64,000 nucleotides of DNA from an uncultured Acidobacteriaceae bacterium (GCA_963757575.1 CAVWSD010000002.1:255069-319068), one strand, 5' to 3'; positions 39,201 through 48,586 are shown, numbered from the stretch's first letter. The notes: generated from the letters alone by a model not told the origin. Numbers and translations are program-made.

Positions 39201-39893
39201 TCAATTCCGAGACTCGCGACAGTTGGCATCATCCACGAAGGCATTGTTCGCCACCATCGCAGACATGCTCTTCGCGCACGCGAGAATCTGCTGATCCAAG
39301 GGATCGTTGTTCAGAGATTTTGGAGGAATGTACGACGCCTGCCGCCGCTTCGCCATAATGCGATCGCTCAGCTTCTGCATGTTCTTGAATTCAGCGGTGA
39401 GCAACGGAACGCCGCTGCGGTCGTCATCGGTGGACGCGGCCGCCGCCGCCAGTTGCAGATTTCTCTCCGCCAGCCTTCTTTGAGCGGACACCCAGTCTTG
39501 CGAAATCGGATAGTTATGCTGCACTGAGTCCACGATCGCGATGCGCCATTCGCGAATCACCGCCATCTGTTCAATACCCGCCCGCACAAATGGCTTCGAG
39601 AACCCCTGGTTCGCCTCAGCCGACGGTGGTTCCCCAGGCGCGGAAGGCAACGTGAGCGTCACCTGGTTCTGCGTGTAGGAAAGACTTCCCTCTATCAATC
39701 GGGCTAGCGCCTCAAGATCGACATAGGATCGGCCGTTCATCTGGACCAGCGGCGTCGTGGCCGTGTAGCCCTTGACGGAAAGCATGTCGCCAGGCTGTGA
39801 TTCCGGCGCTGGCGTCGCCTGCGCCAGCGCATTTCCCGAAGTTGCTATCGAAGCTGCCAACACCATAGTGATCGCTGCAAGTCTCGCCTTCAT
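39201..39893 (-). CDS. secreted hypothetical protein with copper-amine-oxidase-N-like (stalk) N-terminal segment
   Basis: Signal peptide MKARLAAITMVLAASIATSGNALA; LVQMNGRSYVDLEALARLIEGSLSY resembles the Cu_amine_oxidN1-type motif. Confidence 0.6.
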   Translation of the reverse strand: MKARLAAITMVLAASIATSGNALAQATPAPESQPGDMLSVKGYTATTPLVQMNGRSYVDLEALARLIEGSLSYTQNQVTLTLPSAPGEPPSAEANQGFSKPFVRAGIEQMAVIREWRIAIVDSVQHNYPISQDWVSAQRRLAERNLQLAAAAASTDDDRSGVPLLTAEFKNMQKLSDRIMAKRRQASYIPPKSLNNDPLDQQILACAKSMSAMVANNAFVDDANCRESRN

Positions 39894-39979
39894 GCCATCT
39901 CCTCCTGGCCGGTCTCCTATCCTAGCGAAGCCAGCTACGGATGGGTTCCAAAATTGTCAACGCGGCATCGTTATCTCGC

Positions 39980-40354
39980 TTAGCGCTCCACAAAATCCTT
40001 CAGCCTGCCCAAAGCCGCATCCCACTCCGCCGACACCAGCTCCAGATAACTCCGCATCTCCTCCACGGGCCGCGGATCGAACGCGAACCGGCTCTCCCGT
40101 CCCGCACGCTCGCAGCGCACTATCCCTGCGCGCTCCAGCACGCGAAGATGCTTGGTGATCGCCTGCCGCGTCAGCTTCGAGCCCGCCGTCAGCTCGGCAA
40201 TGGAGCGCGCCTCTCCGCTCGACAGCTGCTTCACCAATGCCAGGCGCGTCGCATCCCCGAGGGACGCAAATAGACCGGCAAACGCCGGCGCGCGCCTCCG
40301 CCATTCCCGCAACTGCCGTCCGCGGACCGCGCGCTCATGGCTTATCTGCGACAT
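39980..40354 (-). CDS. ArsR/SmtB-family transcriptional regulator
   Basis: Winged HTH SIAELTAGSKLTRQAITKHLRVLERAGIV. Overlaps the upstream SRPBCC gene by 20 nt. Confidence 0.85.
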   Translation of the reverse strand: MSQISHERAVRGRQLREWRRRAPAFAGLFASLGDATRLALVKQLSSGEARSIAELTAGSKLTRQAITKHLRVLERAGIVRCERAGRESRFAFDPRPVEEMRSYLELVSAEWDAALGRLKDFVER

Positions 40355-40853
40355 GGCGCTCGATGTTCTTCATCTGCTCCGCCCAGCCGCCCTCGTTCAT
40401 GCGGAAGGCTTCCGGCCGCCGTCCCGCCGGAATCTTGTCGAAGCCCGACTCCGTCAAGGTCAGCCGCGTCCCCTCGGCCGTCGCCTCCAGCCGAAACTCC
40501 ACCAGTGTCTGCGGCTCCGCAGAATAGTCCACCTTCGGATCGATGGCATACGGATGCCAGGTGAACGAGAACAGGCGCTCCGGCTCCATCGCCTTCACAA
40601 CCACCTCCCAGCGCAAATGCTCGTAGCCGGGATAAGTCACGTGCCCGCGCGATACCTCGCCCGGCACAAAGGGGCCTTCGATCTTCACACGAAACCACTC
40701 GCCAAATTCCCGGTAATCCGTCAGCGCGCGCCACACCCGCGCTACCGGCGCCTTCAGCTCCACCCGCTTCTCAATACGATCCGTCGTAGACGATCTGCCA
40801 TAGGCAACCTCCAGGTTGCATATTAGCCGAGCCGCATAGTATAGCGCAACCAT
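40335..40853 (-). CDS. SRPBCC / AHSA1-domain protein
   Basis: ORF 40335..41126; the first in-frame ATG giving a sensible size is 40853. RIEKRVELKAPVARVWRALTDYREFGEWF... Start uncertain: a GGAGG-7nt-ATG pair at 40812..40798 is one base out of frame. Confidence 0.7.
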   Translation of the reverse strand: MVALYYAARLICNLEVAYGRSSTTDRIEKRVELKAPVARVWRALTDYREFGEWFRVKIEGPFVPGEVSRGHVTYPGYEHLRWEVVVKAMEPERLFSFTWHPYAIDPKVDYSAEPQTLVEFRLEATAEGTRLTLTESGFDKIPAGRRPEAFRMNEGGWAEQMKNIERHVADKP

Positions 40854-40945
40854 ACGGTTGCGCTTTGCGTTAAATAGATTGAGCACCCGTTTTTGAAACG
40901 AAGCGAGGGAGAGATCACGAGAGTGGTCAGGTCGCGCACGAATCC

Positions 40946-41014
40946 AACGTGAGCGACCAAAGGAAGCGAACCCAAGACACGCGCTGAAGGCGCATCTGCC
41001 TGGATGGCAAATCC
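40946..41014. repeat. dispersed ~70-nt intergenic repeat, copy 2 (abuts anti-sigma TAG stop)
   Basis: aacgtgagcgaccaaaggaagcgaacc...tctgcctggatggcaaatcc; see 15339..15408. Confidence 0.75.
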
Positions 41015-41364
41015 TAGACGGAAGCTCGCGTTCGCCAGGCCAGCCCGCACCACAACGCGATCCCGGCCAGTTGCGCCAGCGCTGTCCATTCCGCCAGACG
41101 CCAAACTGGATCGCCCTTGGCCACAATCGCGCTTACCAGCAGCAGACAACACAGCAGCGCCGCGCCCGCCAGCATCGCATTCCGCCCGTAGTGCGTCCGC
41201 CGCACGAACGCCCCGGCGGGCACGCGCGCCACCTTCCGCTCCGGCAATTGCGCCATCACGCGAGCCGCAAACCCCGCCGGCACCACCACCGAGGGAGCCT
41301 GCTCCAGCACGCGCGTGATGCGCTCTTCTTCCACTCGTTCGATATCCCGCTCTGGCGTCATCAT
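41014..41364 (-). CDS. putative anti-sigma factor (membrane protein)
   Basis: 4-nt overlap with the ECF sigma gene. Cytoplasmic N-terminus, then two hydrophobic helices (MLAGAALLCCLLLVSAIV, LAQLAGIALWCGLAW). Confidence 0.6.
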   Translation of the reverse strand: MMTPERDIERVEEERITRVLEQAPSVVVPAGFAARVMAQLPERKVARVPAGAFVRRTHYGRNAMLAGAALLCCLLLVSAIVAKGDPVWRLAEWTALAQLAGIALWCGLAWRTRASV

Positions 41365-41996
41365 GCAGTCTCCCTTCCCTTGCTCCCGCTTCCAATCAAT
41401 TCGCGCAGCCGCGCGCGCCCGCGATGCAGGTGCGTCCGCACTGTGCCAATCGGCATTCCCAGCACCACCGCAATCTGTTCATAGCTGCGCTCCTCCTGAT
41501 GGTAGAGCACCAGCACGGTTCGCTGGATCGCGCTCAACTCTCCCAGCGCGCGCTCCACGCCCTCGGCAAACTCCCGCTCCAGCAGCAGTTCTTCGGCGTT
41601 GCGCGAGGGGTGCCGCAGCCGCTCTCCCCAGTCCTCCGATTCATCCGCAATCGAGGTCAGCGGCCGCTCCTCGCGATTCCGGCGCCGCATCTCATCCTGC
41701 GCCACGTTGACCACTATCCGGTAGAGATAGGTGGATACCAGCGCCTCACCGCGAAAGGCCGGCAGCGCACGGTAGAGCCGCAGAAAACAATCCTGCGCCA
41801 GGTCATCCACTCCCTCGCGTGTGCCCAGCAGCCGCAGCAGCGTGCGGAAGACCATCGGGGCATGCTCCTCCACCAGCGCCCCAAAACGGGAATCGCCAGC
41901 CGCCGGCGCAACTGCACAAACAGGTTCTTCCACGGAAGTGAGCACCTGGGATAGCACGCGAGAGAGTAAGACCGCCGGGCTTCGGCAAAGTTTCAA
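41361..41996 (-). CDS. ECF-type RNA polymerase sigma-70 family factor
   Basis: Region 2 DLAQDCFLRLYRALPAF...YLYRIVVNV and region 4 SYEQIAVVLGMPIGTVRTHLHRGRARL. The start (TTG 41996) may be too long. Confidence 0.85.
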   Translation of the reverse strand: MKLCRSPAVLLSRVLSQVLTSVEEPVCAVAPAAGDSRFGALVEEHAPMVFRTLLRLLGTREGVDDLAQDCFLRLYRALPAFRGEALVSTYLYRIVVNVAQDEMRRRNREERPLTSIADESEDWGERLRHPSRNAEELLLEREFAEGVERALGELSAIQRTVLVLYHQEERSYEQIAVVLGMPIGTVRTHLHRGRARLRELIGSGSKGRETA

Positions 41997-42107
41997 CTCC
42001 GAAATTTAATTCGGCCGGCGAAACTCCACCACACCGCGCCAGTCTAACCCCGCCAGTACGAGCAGTCCCCCCATATCACTCATGGGAATGCTCGAAGGAG
42101 ATTCACC

Positions 42108-42554
42108 ATGCACTACTTCTTTTCGCCCTTCGTCGTTCCGGTGGCCGGCTGCCTCATGATCCTTGGCCTCGGGGTTGCCGGTATCTATTCCGAGATGGAT
42201 CAGCGCCGGCTGCGCTCGCAGGAGCGCATGACTCTGCTCGCCCGCGGCATGTCTGTCGAGGACATCGAGCGCATGCAGCGTCAGGCCGCCAACGAGGATG
42301 CCGTCGACCCGCTCCGCACCCTCAACAACATCCGCCGCACCGCCATGATCCTGCTCGCATGCGGCCTCGGCATCGTCGTCTTCGGCCTGCTGCTCGCGGT
42401 CATTCTCCAGCTACGTGTGCTGCTCATCGTGCCCGCTGCCGGCCTTATTCCGTTTGCCATCGGCATCGGCTTCTTCGTCGACTACAAAATGCAGGCGCGC
42501 GATCTCGCGCGCTTCGGCCTGGAAGTTGATGCGCAGAACCACACGCGTAAGTAA
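42108..42554 (+). CDS. membrane protein, unknown function
   Basis: AAGGAG RBS; three TM helices flanking a charged loop (RRLRSQERMTLLARGMSVEDIERM). Confidence 0.65.
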   Translation: MHYFFSPFVVPVAGCLMILGLGVAGIYSEMDQRRLRSQERMTLLARGMSVEDIERMQRQAANEDAVDPLRTLNNIRRTAMILLACGLGIVVFGLLLAVILQLRVLLIVPAAGLIPFAIGIGFFVDYKMQARDLARFGLEVDAQNHTRK

Positions 42555-42788
42555 TCCCCGGCAGGTCATTTCGGCGCACGCCGGTACCACAAAGCGAAAC
42601 ATGCAACAGGTCAGCCCCTCTTCGCCGACACCCTACTTCGGTGTAATCTCATTGCGAATGAGGCCGGCAGCGATACAACGCCATTGTCATTTTCATCGTC
42701 TGATAGCGTACACCCGTAAATCCGGCAGCAAATCGCATACCTGGCGCAACCTCGCCGTGCCCTCTCACATGCGATCGCAGGGAGGTGT

Positions 42789-44456
42789 ATGACCGCAGCG
42801 AGGGATGTCTCCGGCCAGCTTAGCCGCAAGCTCGAGCTCGTCCTTCAAACCGGGCTGCTGCTCACCCAGAGCCCTGACCTCGAATCCATTGTGCAATCCG
42901 TTACCGATGCGGGCCTGCAGCTCTCGGGTGCGCAGTTCGGTGCTTTCTTCTACAACGTCACCAATGCCGAGGGCGAAAGCTACGTCCTCTATACCCTCTC
43001 CGGCGTGCCGCGCGAAAAGTTCGCTGCCTTCCCCATGCCCCGCAACACTGCGGTCTTCGGCCCCACATTCGAAGGCGAGGGTATCGTCCGCTCCGGCGAC
43101 ATCACCAAAGATCCCCGCTATGGTAAGAACTCCCCGTACTTCGGCATGCCGCCCGGGCATCTTCCCGTCCACAGCTACCTCGCCGTTCCGGTAAAGAGCC
43201 AATCCGGCGAGGTTCTCGGCGGCCTCTTCTACGGCCATGAACAAGTGAATGTTTTCGGCGAAGACATTGAAGCCCTGGTGGCCACAATTGCCGCCCAGGC
43301 CGCCGTTGCCATTGAGAACGCACGTCTCCGCGAGCAGCTCACGCAGAAAATCAGCGATCTGGCGCGAGCCGAGTCACGTCACCGTGACGCCTCCAAGCGC
43401 CTCGGTGAATTCGCCGCGATCATCGAATACTCCGACGACGCCATCATCAGCAAAGATCTCACCGGCAGAATCACCAGTTGGAATCCCGCCGCCACCCGCA
43501 TCCTTGGGTACACCAGTGAAGAGATGATCGGCGCCCCCATTCTCACCATCATCCCGGAGGAGCTGCACGCCGACGAGCCCATGATCCTCGCCCGGATCCG
43601 CGCCGGCCAGCGCATCGATCACTTCGAAACCATTCGCATGCGCAAAAACGGCGAGCGACTCGATGTCTCCCTCAGCATCTCGCCCGTACTCGACGGGTCA
43701 GGCCAGATCATCGGCGCCGCCAAGATCCTCCGCGACATCTCTGCCCGCAAAGCTCTGGAGCTCTCGCTTCTTCAAGCGGAGAAGATCGCGGCCACCGGCA
43801 GAATGGCCGCCACCATCGCGCACGAGATCAACAATCCTCTGGAAGCTATCGTGAACCTGCTTTACCTTGCCCGCGAGCAGGCCAGCGAGCCTGTGCAGGC
43901 CCAATATCTCGTGGCCGCAGAAAGCGAAGTCGCCCGCGTCTCCCACATCGCCAAGCAGACCCTCGGTTACTACCGAGACCCCAGCTCCGTCATCCCCACT
44001 TCGCTATCCGACATCGCCGCCGAGGCGATCCGCATCTATGAGCCGCGCTGCAGAGCCGCCGGCATACGCATCACAAGCCAGCTCGATCCCTCGCCGGCTA
44101 TCGCGCTCCGCAAAGGCGAGATCATGCAGGTCCTCTCCAATCTGATCACCAACGCCATCTACGCCATGCCCTCCGGAGGCACGGTCTCCATCGCGGTCCA
44201 GCGTGCGCTGGAGGGCGGCGTCGTCCTCTCAGTCGAAGACACCGGTACCGGTATTCCTGCCGAGCAGTTGCCCCGCGTCTTCGAGGCTTTTTACACCACA
44301 CGAAGCGTCGGCACCGGCATCGGCCTCTTTGTGGCAAAGCAGTTCATCGAGGGCCACGGTGGAAAGATCGAAGTCGAAAGCAGCACCGGCACCGAGTCCC
44401 ACGGCACAAAGATGTCCATTTACCTGCCGCTCAAAAGCCAGTACGCCGCCGCCTGA
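42789..44456 (+). CDS. soluble GAF-PAS sensor histidine kinase
   Basis: GAF (GAQFGAFFYN...GMPPGHLPVHSYLAVPV), PAS (DAIISKDLTGRITSWNPAATRILGY), H-box ATIAHEINNPLEAI, N box NLITNAIYAM, G boxes DTGTGI/GTGIGL. Confidence 0.9.
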   Translation: MTAARDVSGQLSRKLELVLQTGLLLTQSPDLESIVQSVTDAGLQLSGAQFGAFFYNVTNAEGESYVLYTLSGVPREKFAAFPMPRNTAVFGPTFEGEGIVRSGDITKDPRYGKNSPYFGMPPGHLPVHSYLAVPVKSQSGEVLGGLFYGHEQVNVFGEDIEALVATIAAQAAVAIENARLREQLTQKISDLARAESRHRDASKRLGEFAAIIEYSDDAIISKDLTGRITSWNPAATRILGYTSEEMIGAPILTIIPEELHADEPMILARIRAGQRIDHFETIRMRKNGERLDVSLSISPVLDGSGQIIGAAKILRDISARKALELSLLQAEKIAATGRMAATIAHEINNPLEAIVNLLYLAREQASEPVQAQYLVAAESEVARVSHIAKQTLGYYRDPSSVIPTSLSDIAAEAIRIYEPRCRAAGIRITSQLDPSPAIALRKGEIMQVLSNLITNAIYAMPSGGTVSIAVQRALEGGVVLSVEDTGTGIPAEQLPRVFEAFYTTRSVGTGIGLFVAKQFIEGHGGKIEVESSTGTESHGTKMSIYLPLKSQYAAA

Positions 44457-44612
44457 GTCCCGGCACTCCGAAACAACCGAGGCTCACGTGCGCATCCCGT
44501 TAGAAAAGCCGCTCCGCGCGTAACCGCGCCCCCGACCACGCCGATCGAAAGCGATTCTGCTTTAGCATGAAGGGCGCACTGCGCACGCCATCTCAAGCAG
44601 AGGAACTCCATC

Positions 44613-44966
44613 ATGGCAAATCCGTTCGTCCACTTCGAACTCAACACACCCGACCTCGCCAAAGCCAAGGCCTTTTACGGCGCGCTCTTCGGCTGGCAGT
44701 TTCAAGACAATGACATGGGACCGATGGGCATCTACAGTACCTTCAAACCGGATGACGGGCCCGGCGGCGGCATGATGTCCATGCCAATGGGCAATCCTGG
44801 CTGGCTCTCCTACGTCGGCGTCAAGGACATCAACCAGTCCACGGAGCAGGCACGCTCGCTCGGCGCAACCATCCTGCTGGGGCCGCAGGAAATTCCCGAT
44901 ATCGGCTGGATGACCATGCTGCAGGACCCCACCGGCTGCACCATTGCCATCTTCCAGCCGAAATAA
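44613..44966 (+). CDS. VOC (glyoxalase/bleomycin-resistance) family protein
   Basis: MANPFVHFELNTPDLAKAKAFYGALFGWQF...; single VOC module. Confidence 0.8.
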   Translation: MANPFVHFELNTPDLAKAKAFYGALFGWQFQDNDMGPMGIYSTFKPDDGPGGGMMSMPMGNPGWLSYVGVKDINQSTEQARSLGATILLGPQEIPDIGWMTMLQDPTGCTIAIFQPK

Positions 44967-45029
44967 ATTCAGGCAAGAATTTCTGGGCTCTTCATCCGTC
45001 GCCCTTGCAACCCAGCCCGTTACCATCCG

Positions 45030-45053
45030 GAAGCGCGCCGGCCAGCGCGCTTC
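45030..45053 (+). terminator. GC-rich hairpin downstream of the VOC gene
   Basis: gaagcgcgc cggcca gcgcgcttc (9-bp stem). No T-tract, so only a candidate. Confidence 0.35.
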
Positions 45054-45386
45054 TACACAAGTCCTGTGCAGCCTTTGGGACCCACCAATGACCAGGCGAA
45101 TCAATGCACGGATAGCTGGAAGCTCCAGATGTCATGGCATGAAATTGCCTCAAGCAACCGGAATAATTACAAATAATTGACACGTAACAGTCGGCACAAT
45201 TGTTGGCAGGATTTTGCGATGACGATGGAATAAGTTGATCTATTACTTCCTGTTTTTTTTCTACTCAATTTATCGAGGCCCGCCGAATTGTGCGGTATGT
45301 TGGTTGGACTGAGTGCGCGGCCCTGATCAGTAGACTCCCTCCCCTTCGCATTCGAACTTCCACAGGAGTCTGTCTCGACTGGCCCG

Positions 45387-45884
45387 ATGACTCGCCGCTC
45401 CGTCAAGATCGCGCGGCTGTTTGGTTTCATCCTCTTCATTCTTATCAGCGCATGGGACGTCGATGCCATGCGACCTCACATCGCAGCGCATTCCTGGACA
45501 ACGCTCGCCTTTGTATCGTTGTTCCTTGCGGCTCACCTGTCGGACTACTTCACCGTGGGGCGCCTCGTAGGCCGCCTCGATCCGTTGATCTTGCGACATG
45601 CCGACGAGATAGTTGGCTCCGCCGCTGAATACGGCCGAAGCCTGCCACCCGTAGATCCCGGCCAGACCCCGGAGCTTTACGTTTTTACCGTCGTCACTGC
45701 CATCGAGGCTCAGGCTTCGGGCGCGCCTTATCCCATCACTCGACGGAGCATCACCGTGCAACCGGAGTGGCGCGAATCAAACTGCTCGGCTTCTTCGACT
45801 TCGCCAACGACCCCAGTGCCCCGCCGCCAACCTCGCTTGGCGACCGATCGGGTGCCCTATTCTGGCGAGGCCAGAGCGGGCTAA
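45387..45884 (+). CDS. hypothetical membrane protein (3' part uncertain, possible frame change near 45765)
   Basis: Two TM helices (IARLFGFILFILISAW, WTTLAFVSLFLAAHL) and high GC3 up to about 45765. After that the +2 frame (VARIKLLGFFDFANDPSAPPPTSLGDRSGALFWRGQSG) looks more protein-like than the annotated frame. Confidence 0.4.
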   Translation: MTRRSVKIARLFGFILFILISAWDVDAMRPHIAAHSWTTLAFVSLFLAAHLSDYFTVGRLVGRLDPLILRHADEIVGSAAEYGRSLPPVDPGQTPELYVFTVVTAIEAQASGAPYPITRRSITVQPEWRESNCSASSTSPTTPVPRRQPRLATDRVPYSGEARAG

Positions 45885-45974
45885 CTCCCGATCAACCAGA
45901 CACGGCCGCGGTCGTTCCGTTTGTGCCGTGCGGGTACACGTCGCGTCCCGCGCTACACTCTCTCCGAGCCGGCA

Positions 45975-46334
45975 ATGACGCCACCAAATTCAATCCTGCG
46001 CAACCTCAAACAACGCCTCGCGGACGCGGCGCTCTGGGTGCTCGCAGCTACCCTCCTGCTGTGGTTCGCCGACTGGGCAGTGTGGCGAGTCAGAGTCTGG
46101 CAGGGCGGCGGCTACGACACCGTCGAGGTAAACCACATTCTGCTGACGCCACTCAAAAATCACAGGATGAAAGCCGACGAGCAGAGCACGACGACCCAGC
46201 CCTGCGCGCGCGCCATCTTTCCCCATGGCGGCAACGACCCCTGCTGGTGGCTCCGGCGCCACGCCACCGACTGGCAATCGGCGTTGCTCACAGCTCCGGC
46301 TAACGCCAATACCCGGCCGGCCGATGCCGGATGA
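45975..46334 (+). CDS. hypothetical N-terminally anchored protein
   Basis: ORF 45921..46334; ATG 45975 gives MTPPNSILRNLKQRLADAALWVLAATLLLWFADWAVW... High GC3. Confidence 0.55.
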   Translation: MTPPNSILRNLKQRLADAALWVLAATLLLWFADWAVWRVRVWQGGGYDTVEVNHILLTPLKNHRMKADEQSTTTQPCARAIFPHGGNDPCWWLRRHATDWQSALLTAPANANTRPADAG

Positions 46335-46806
46335 TAGCCTTCCTCTGCCGGGCAGCTCCGCACTTCTGCTCATCGCACTTTGCTCATCGAGGATCATCGC
46401 TTTGCCAAATCTTCGCTCCCTGTCCCAGCTCCGTGTATTGCTACCCTACGCAGCGAAGCTGCTGCCCGTGCTCAGCGGCATCGCCATTCCGGAGTCTAGC
46501 CGGCATGGCGCCGACCTCTCCTCGCTCGATCGCCGCTTCGGCGAGATCCAAATCGAGAGCCGCGGGCTGCGCTCCCAGGTAACCAGTCAGGGCGACGCGA
46601 TCGAACGCATCCTCAAAATTCACCAGGAGGGACTGGAGCGTCTCGGCGCCGGGATCGAGAGCCTTCGCGGCGCACAGCAAGACCTTGCCACGGAATCGCA
46701 CGCGCTCGCCCGATGGCTCAAGGGACTTTCTTTCGCCATCCTTCTCGTGTTGATCGCTGTCGTTGTCCTGAGCGCGCTCATTCTCTTCCGGATGTCGCAC
46801 GTTTAA
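46324..46806 (+). CDS. hypothetical coiled-coil protein with C-terminal TM anchor
   Basis: ORF 46225..46806; ATG 46324 overlaps the upstream stop by 11 nt. Heptad-like middle (LSSLDRRFGEIQIESRGLRSQV...LERLGAGIESLRGAQQDLATE). C-terminal LSFAILLVLIAVVVLSALILF. Confidence 0.55.
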   Translation: MPDDSLPLPGSSALLLIALCSSRIIALPNLRSLSQLRVLLPYAAKLLPVLSGIAIPESSRHGADLSSLDRRFGEIQIESRGLRSQVTSQGDAIERILKIHQEGLERLGAGIESLRGAQQDLATESHALARWLKGLSFAILLVLIAVVVLSALILFRMSHV

Positions 46807-47195
46807 ATTTTTTTTGCGATGCGATGCTTCTCCGCTGCTATTGGTTTGGTAACGTTTGCAATGACATAGGGATTTATCGTCGTACTGCATTTGGGAATGC
46901 GCCTCGCGCCCCTTGGTTTCGCAGTTGCCAGTCGTGTCATGCGAGGTCTAGGATGTGCCGTAAGTTCGGTGCAGCCCTCTACATGCAGGCGCGCCAGGGC
47001 GAGCGTAGTCGCCTTGAGCATTTTTCCTGTAGTTGTAAAGCGGTTTCCAGACGCTTATGTGGCCTTTCTGTATGAATCGCTCACGTCAAGACGCTCTGGG
47101 CTGCTTCACAGCATCAGGAAAAATGCTTCATCTGCTGCACGATATTGGTTAATCAACTGGCGATGTTTGCCAGCGTCAATGGAGTGACCCTCTCT

Positions 47196-47951
47196 ATGGC
47201 GTGGTACGCCTACTGCATTAGTGAAAAGCAAGCCTTTCCTGAATTAGCCCGCCACCGCAAACCGGTACCCATGCAATCCCTAACCGGCATTTCAGGAAAT
47301 CAGATCTTCCTCTATCCAGCCAGTGATCTCGCAGTCATCGTCTCGGAACACAATCCCCAGGAAAATCTCAATCAACAGGCGGCCAAAGATCACGCGCGCG
47401 TGGTCGGTGACTGCTTCAAACACTCGACTGTCCTCCCTTTCCGATTCGGCACCGTTTTCGCCGATGACGAAGCGCTGCGCCGCTCCATCCGCTCCAATCA
47501 ACGCCAGTACGCGACCCATGTAGAGCGCCTGCGCGGCAAGGCCGAGATGCATCTCAAGGTCGCGGTCGACGACTGCTGTCTCCCTCAAGCACTCCGCGCC
47601 GTTTATAAGGGAGAAAGCGTAGGCAAGGAATATCTCTCCAACCTGCGCGAGACCGCTTCCCGGCAACGCGAGCGGCAGACCAAGGGTCGCGCGATCGCTG
47701 TCCAGATGCAGCGCCTCTTCGCGCCACAGGATGAAGAGGTCACCTGCCGCACCATGGACAACGGCAAGATGCTGCTGGACATTTCGCATCTTATCGAGGC
47801 GAAATGCGTGGAGCGTTACCAGAACAAATTCGCTACCACGCGCGAACTGCTCAAGGAATGCCAGATGCAGCTCTCCGGCCCCTGGCCTCCCTACCACTTC
47901 GTCCAACGGCTGACGCGCCCGCACATCGCAGCGCCAGGCATCCCTGCTTAA
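47196..47951 (+). CDS. GvpL/GvpF-family protein
   Basis: ORF 47145..47951; ATG 47196 gives MAWYAYCIS (cf. LYLYGI). LAVIVSE, STVLPFRFGTVF, RLRGKAEMHLKV, GKEYL, C-terminal LSGPWPPYHF. Colinear with GvpF as I remember it. Confidence 0.85.
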   Translation: MAWYAYCISEKQAFPELARHRKPVPMQSLTGISGNQIFLYPASDLAVIVSEHNPQENLNQQAAKDHARVVGDCFKHSTVLPFRFGTVFADDEALRRSIRSNQRQYATHVERLRGKAEMHLKVAVDDCCLPQALRAVYKGESVGKEYLSNLRETASRQRERQTKGRAIAVQMQRLFAPQDEEVTCRTMDNGKMLLDISHLIEAKCVERYQNKFATTRELLKECQMQLSGPWPPYHFVQRLTRPHIAAPGIPA

Positions 47952-47978
47952 CTTTTGATCTGATCCGATAGCACTGTT

Positions 47979-48023
47979 GTAACAAGGAAAGGGCCCGCCA
48001 ATGGCGGGCCCTTTCCTTGTTAC
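47979..48023. terminator. strong bidirectional hairpin terminator
   Basis: Perfect 21-bp stem gtaacaaggaaagggcccgcc / ggcgggccctttccttgttac with a 3-nt loop, between convergent stops 47951 and 48033. Confidence 0.8.
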
Positions 48024-48032
48024 GCAGCTGCG

Positions 48033-48539
48033 CTATGCAAATGGAGACTCATCGGCCGATGGGCCGTAGATCGACGGAACAGGAATGTCGAGGAGCCGGA
48101 GATAGACCGAAAGCTGGCCACGATGGTGATACCAGTGATTCAACAAGAGCGACCGCCAGATCTTGAAGCGAGGCCTGGTCTGAATTTCCTGATCTCCACG
48201 CATCAAGTGCCATGACGCCCGCGCGGTTCCATCACTCGTCTCCCTGAGCGCATTTTCTACGGTTCGCACGCTCTGCTCGAGCGCAGCATGAATCTCGTCA
48301 GTGTTCTTCGGAGGCGGTGGAGCGGGTTTTGCCCGGAGCACATCGAACGAATCCGTGCTTGTGATGTGGACGATGCCGGCCGGCACCGTGGCAATATGCA
48401 TAGCCAACTGACCGAGCGACATGGATTTCTCATGTGGCTTCCACGCCAGCTTGTCACCGGGAACCCGATCCAGAATCCTTTTCGTGACAGATAGCTCTTC
48501 CTGAAACTCCATCAATATCTCGTCGCAGATACTCATCAT
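48033..48539 (-). CDS. DinB-family protein
   Basis: SLGQLAMHIATVP...LLNHWYHHRGQLSVYLRLL, a typical DinB C-terminal helix. Confidence 0.8.
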   Translation of the reverse strand: MMSICDEILMEFQEELSVTKRILDRVPGDKLAWKPHEKSMSLGQLAMHIATVPAGIVHITSTDSFDVLRAKPAPPPPKNTDEIHAALEQSVRTVENALRETSDGTARASWHLMRGDQEIQTRPRFKIWRSLLLNHWYHHRGQLSVYLRLLDIPVPSIYGPSADESPFA

Positions 48540-48586
48540 TCTGTCTCCTGAGAGGATTTGGCGTTGGGGGCCAGTACGGTGCGGCT

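Noticed and set aside
45387-47951. A gas-vesicle gene cluster
   Set aside because: Only a GvpL/F-type gene is present. No gvpA/J/M, gvpN, gvpK, gvpG or gvpO-like ORF exists in any frame nearby, so I do not claim gas-vesicle formation.
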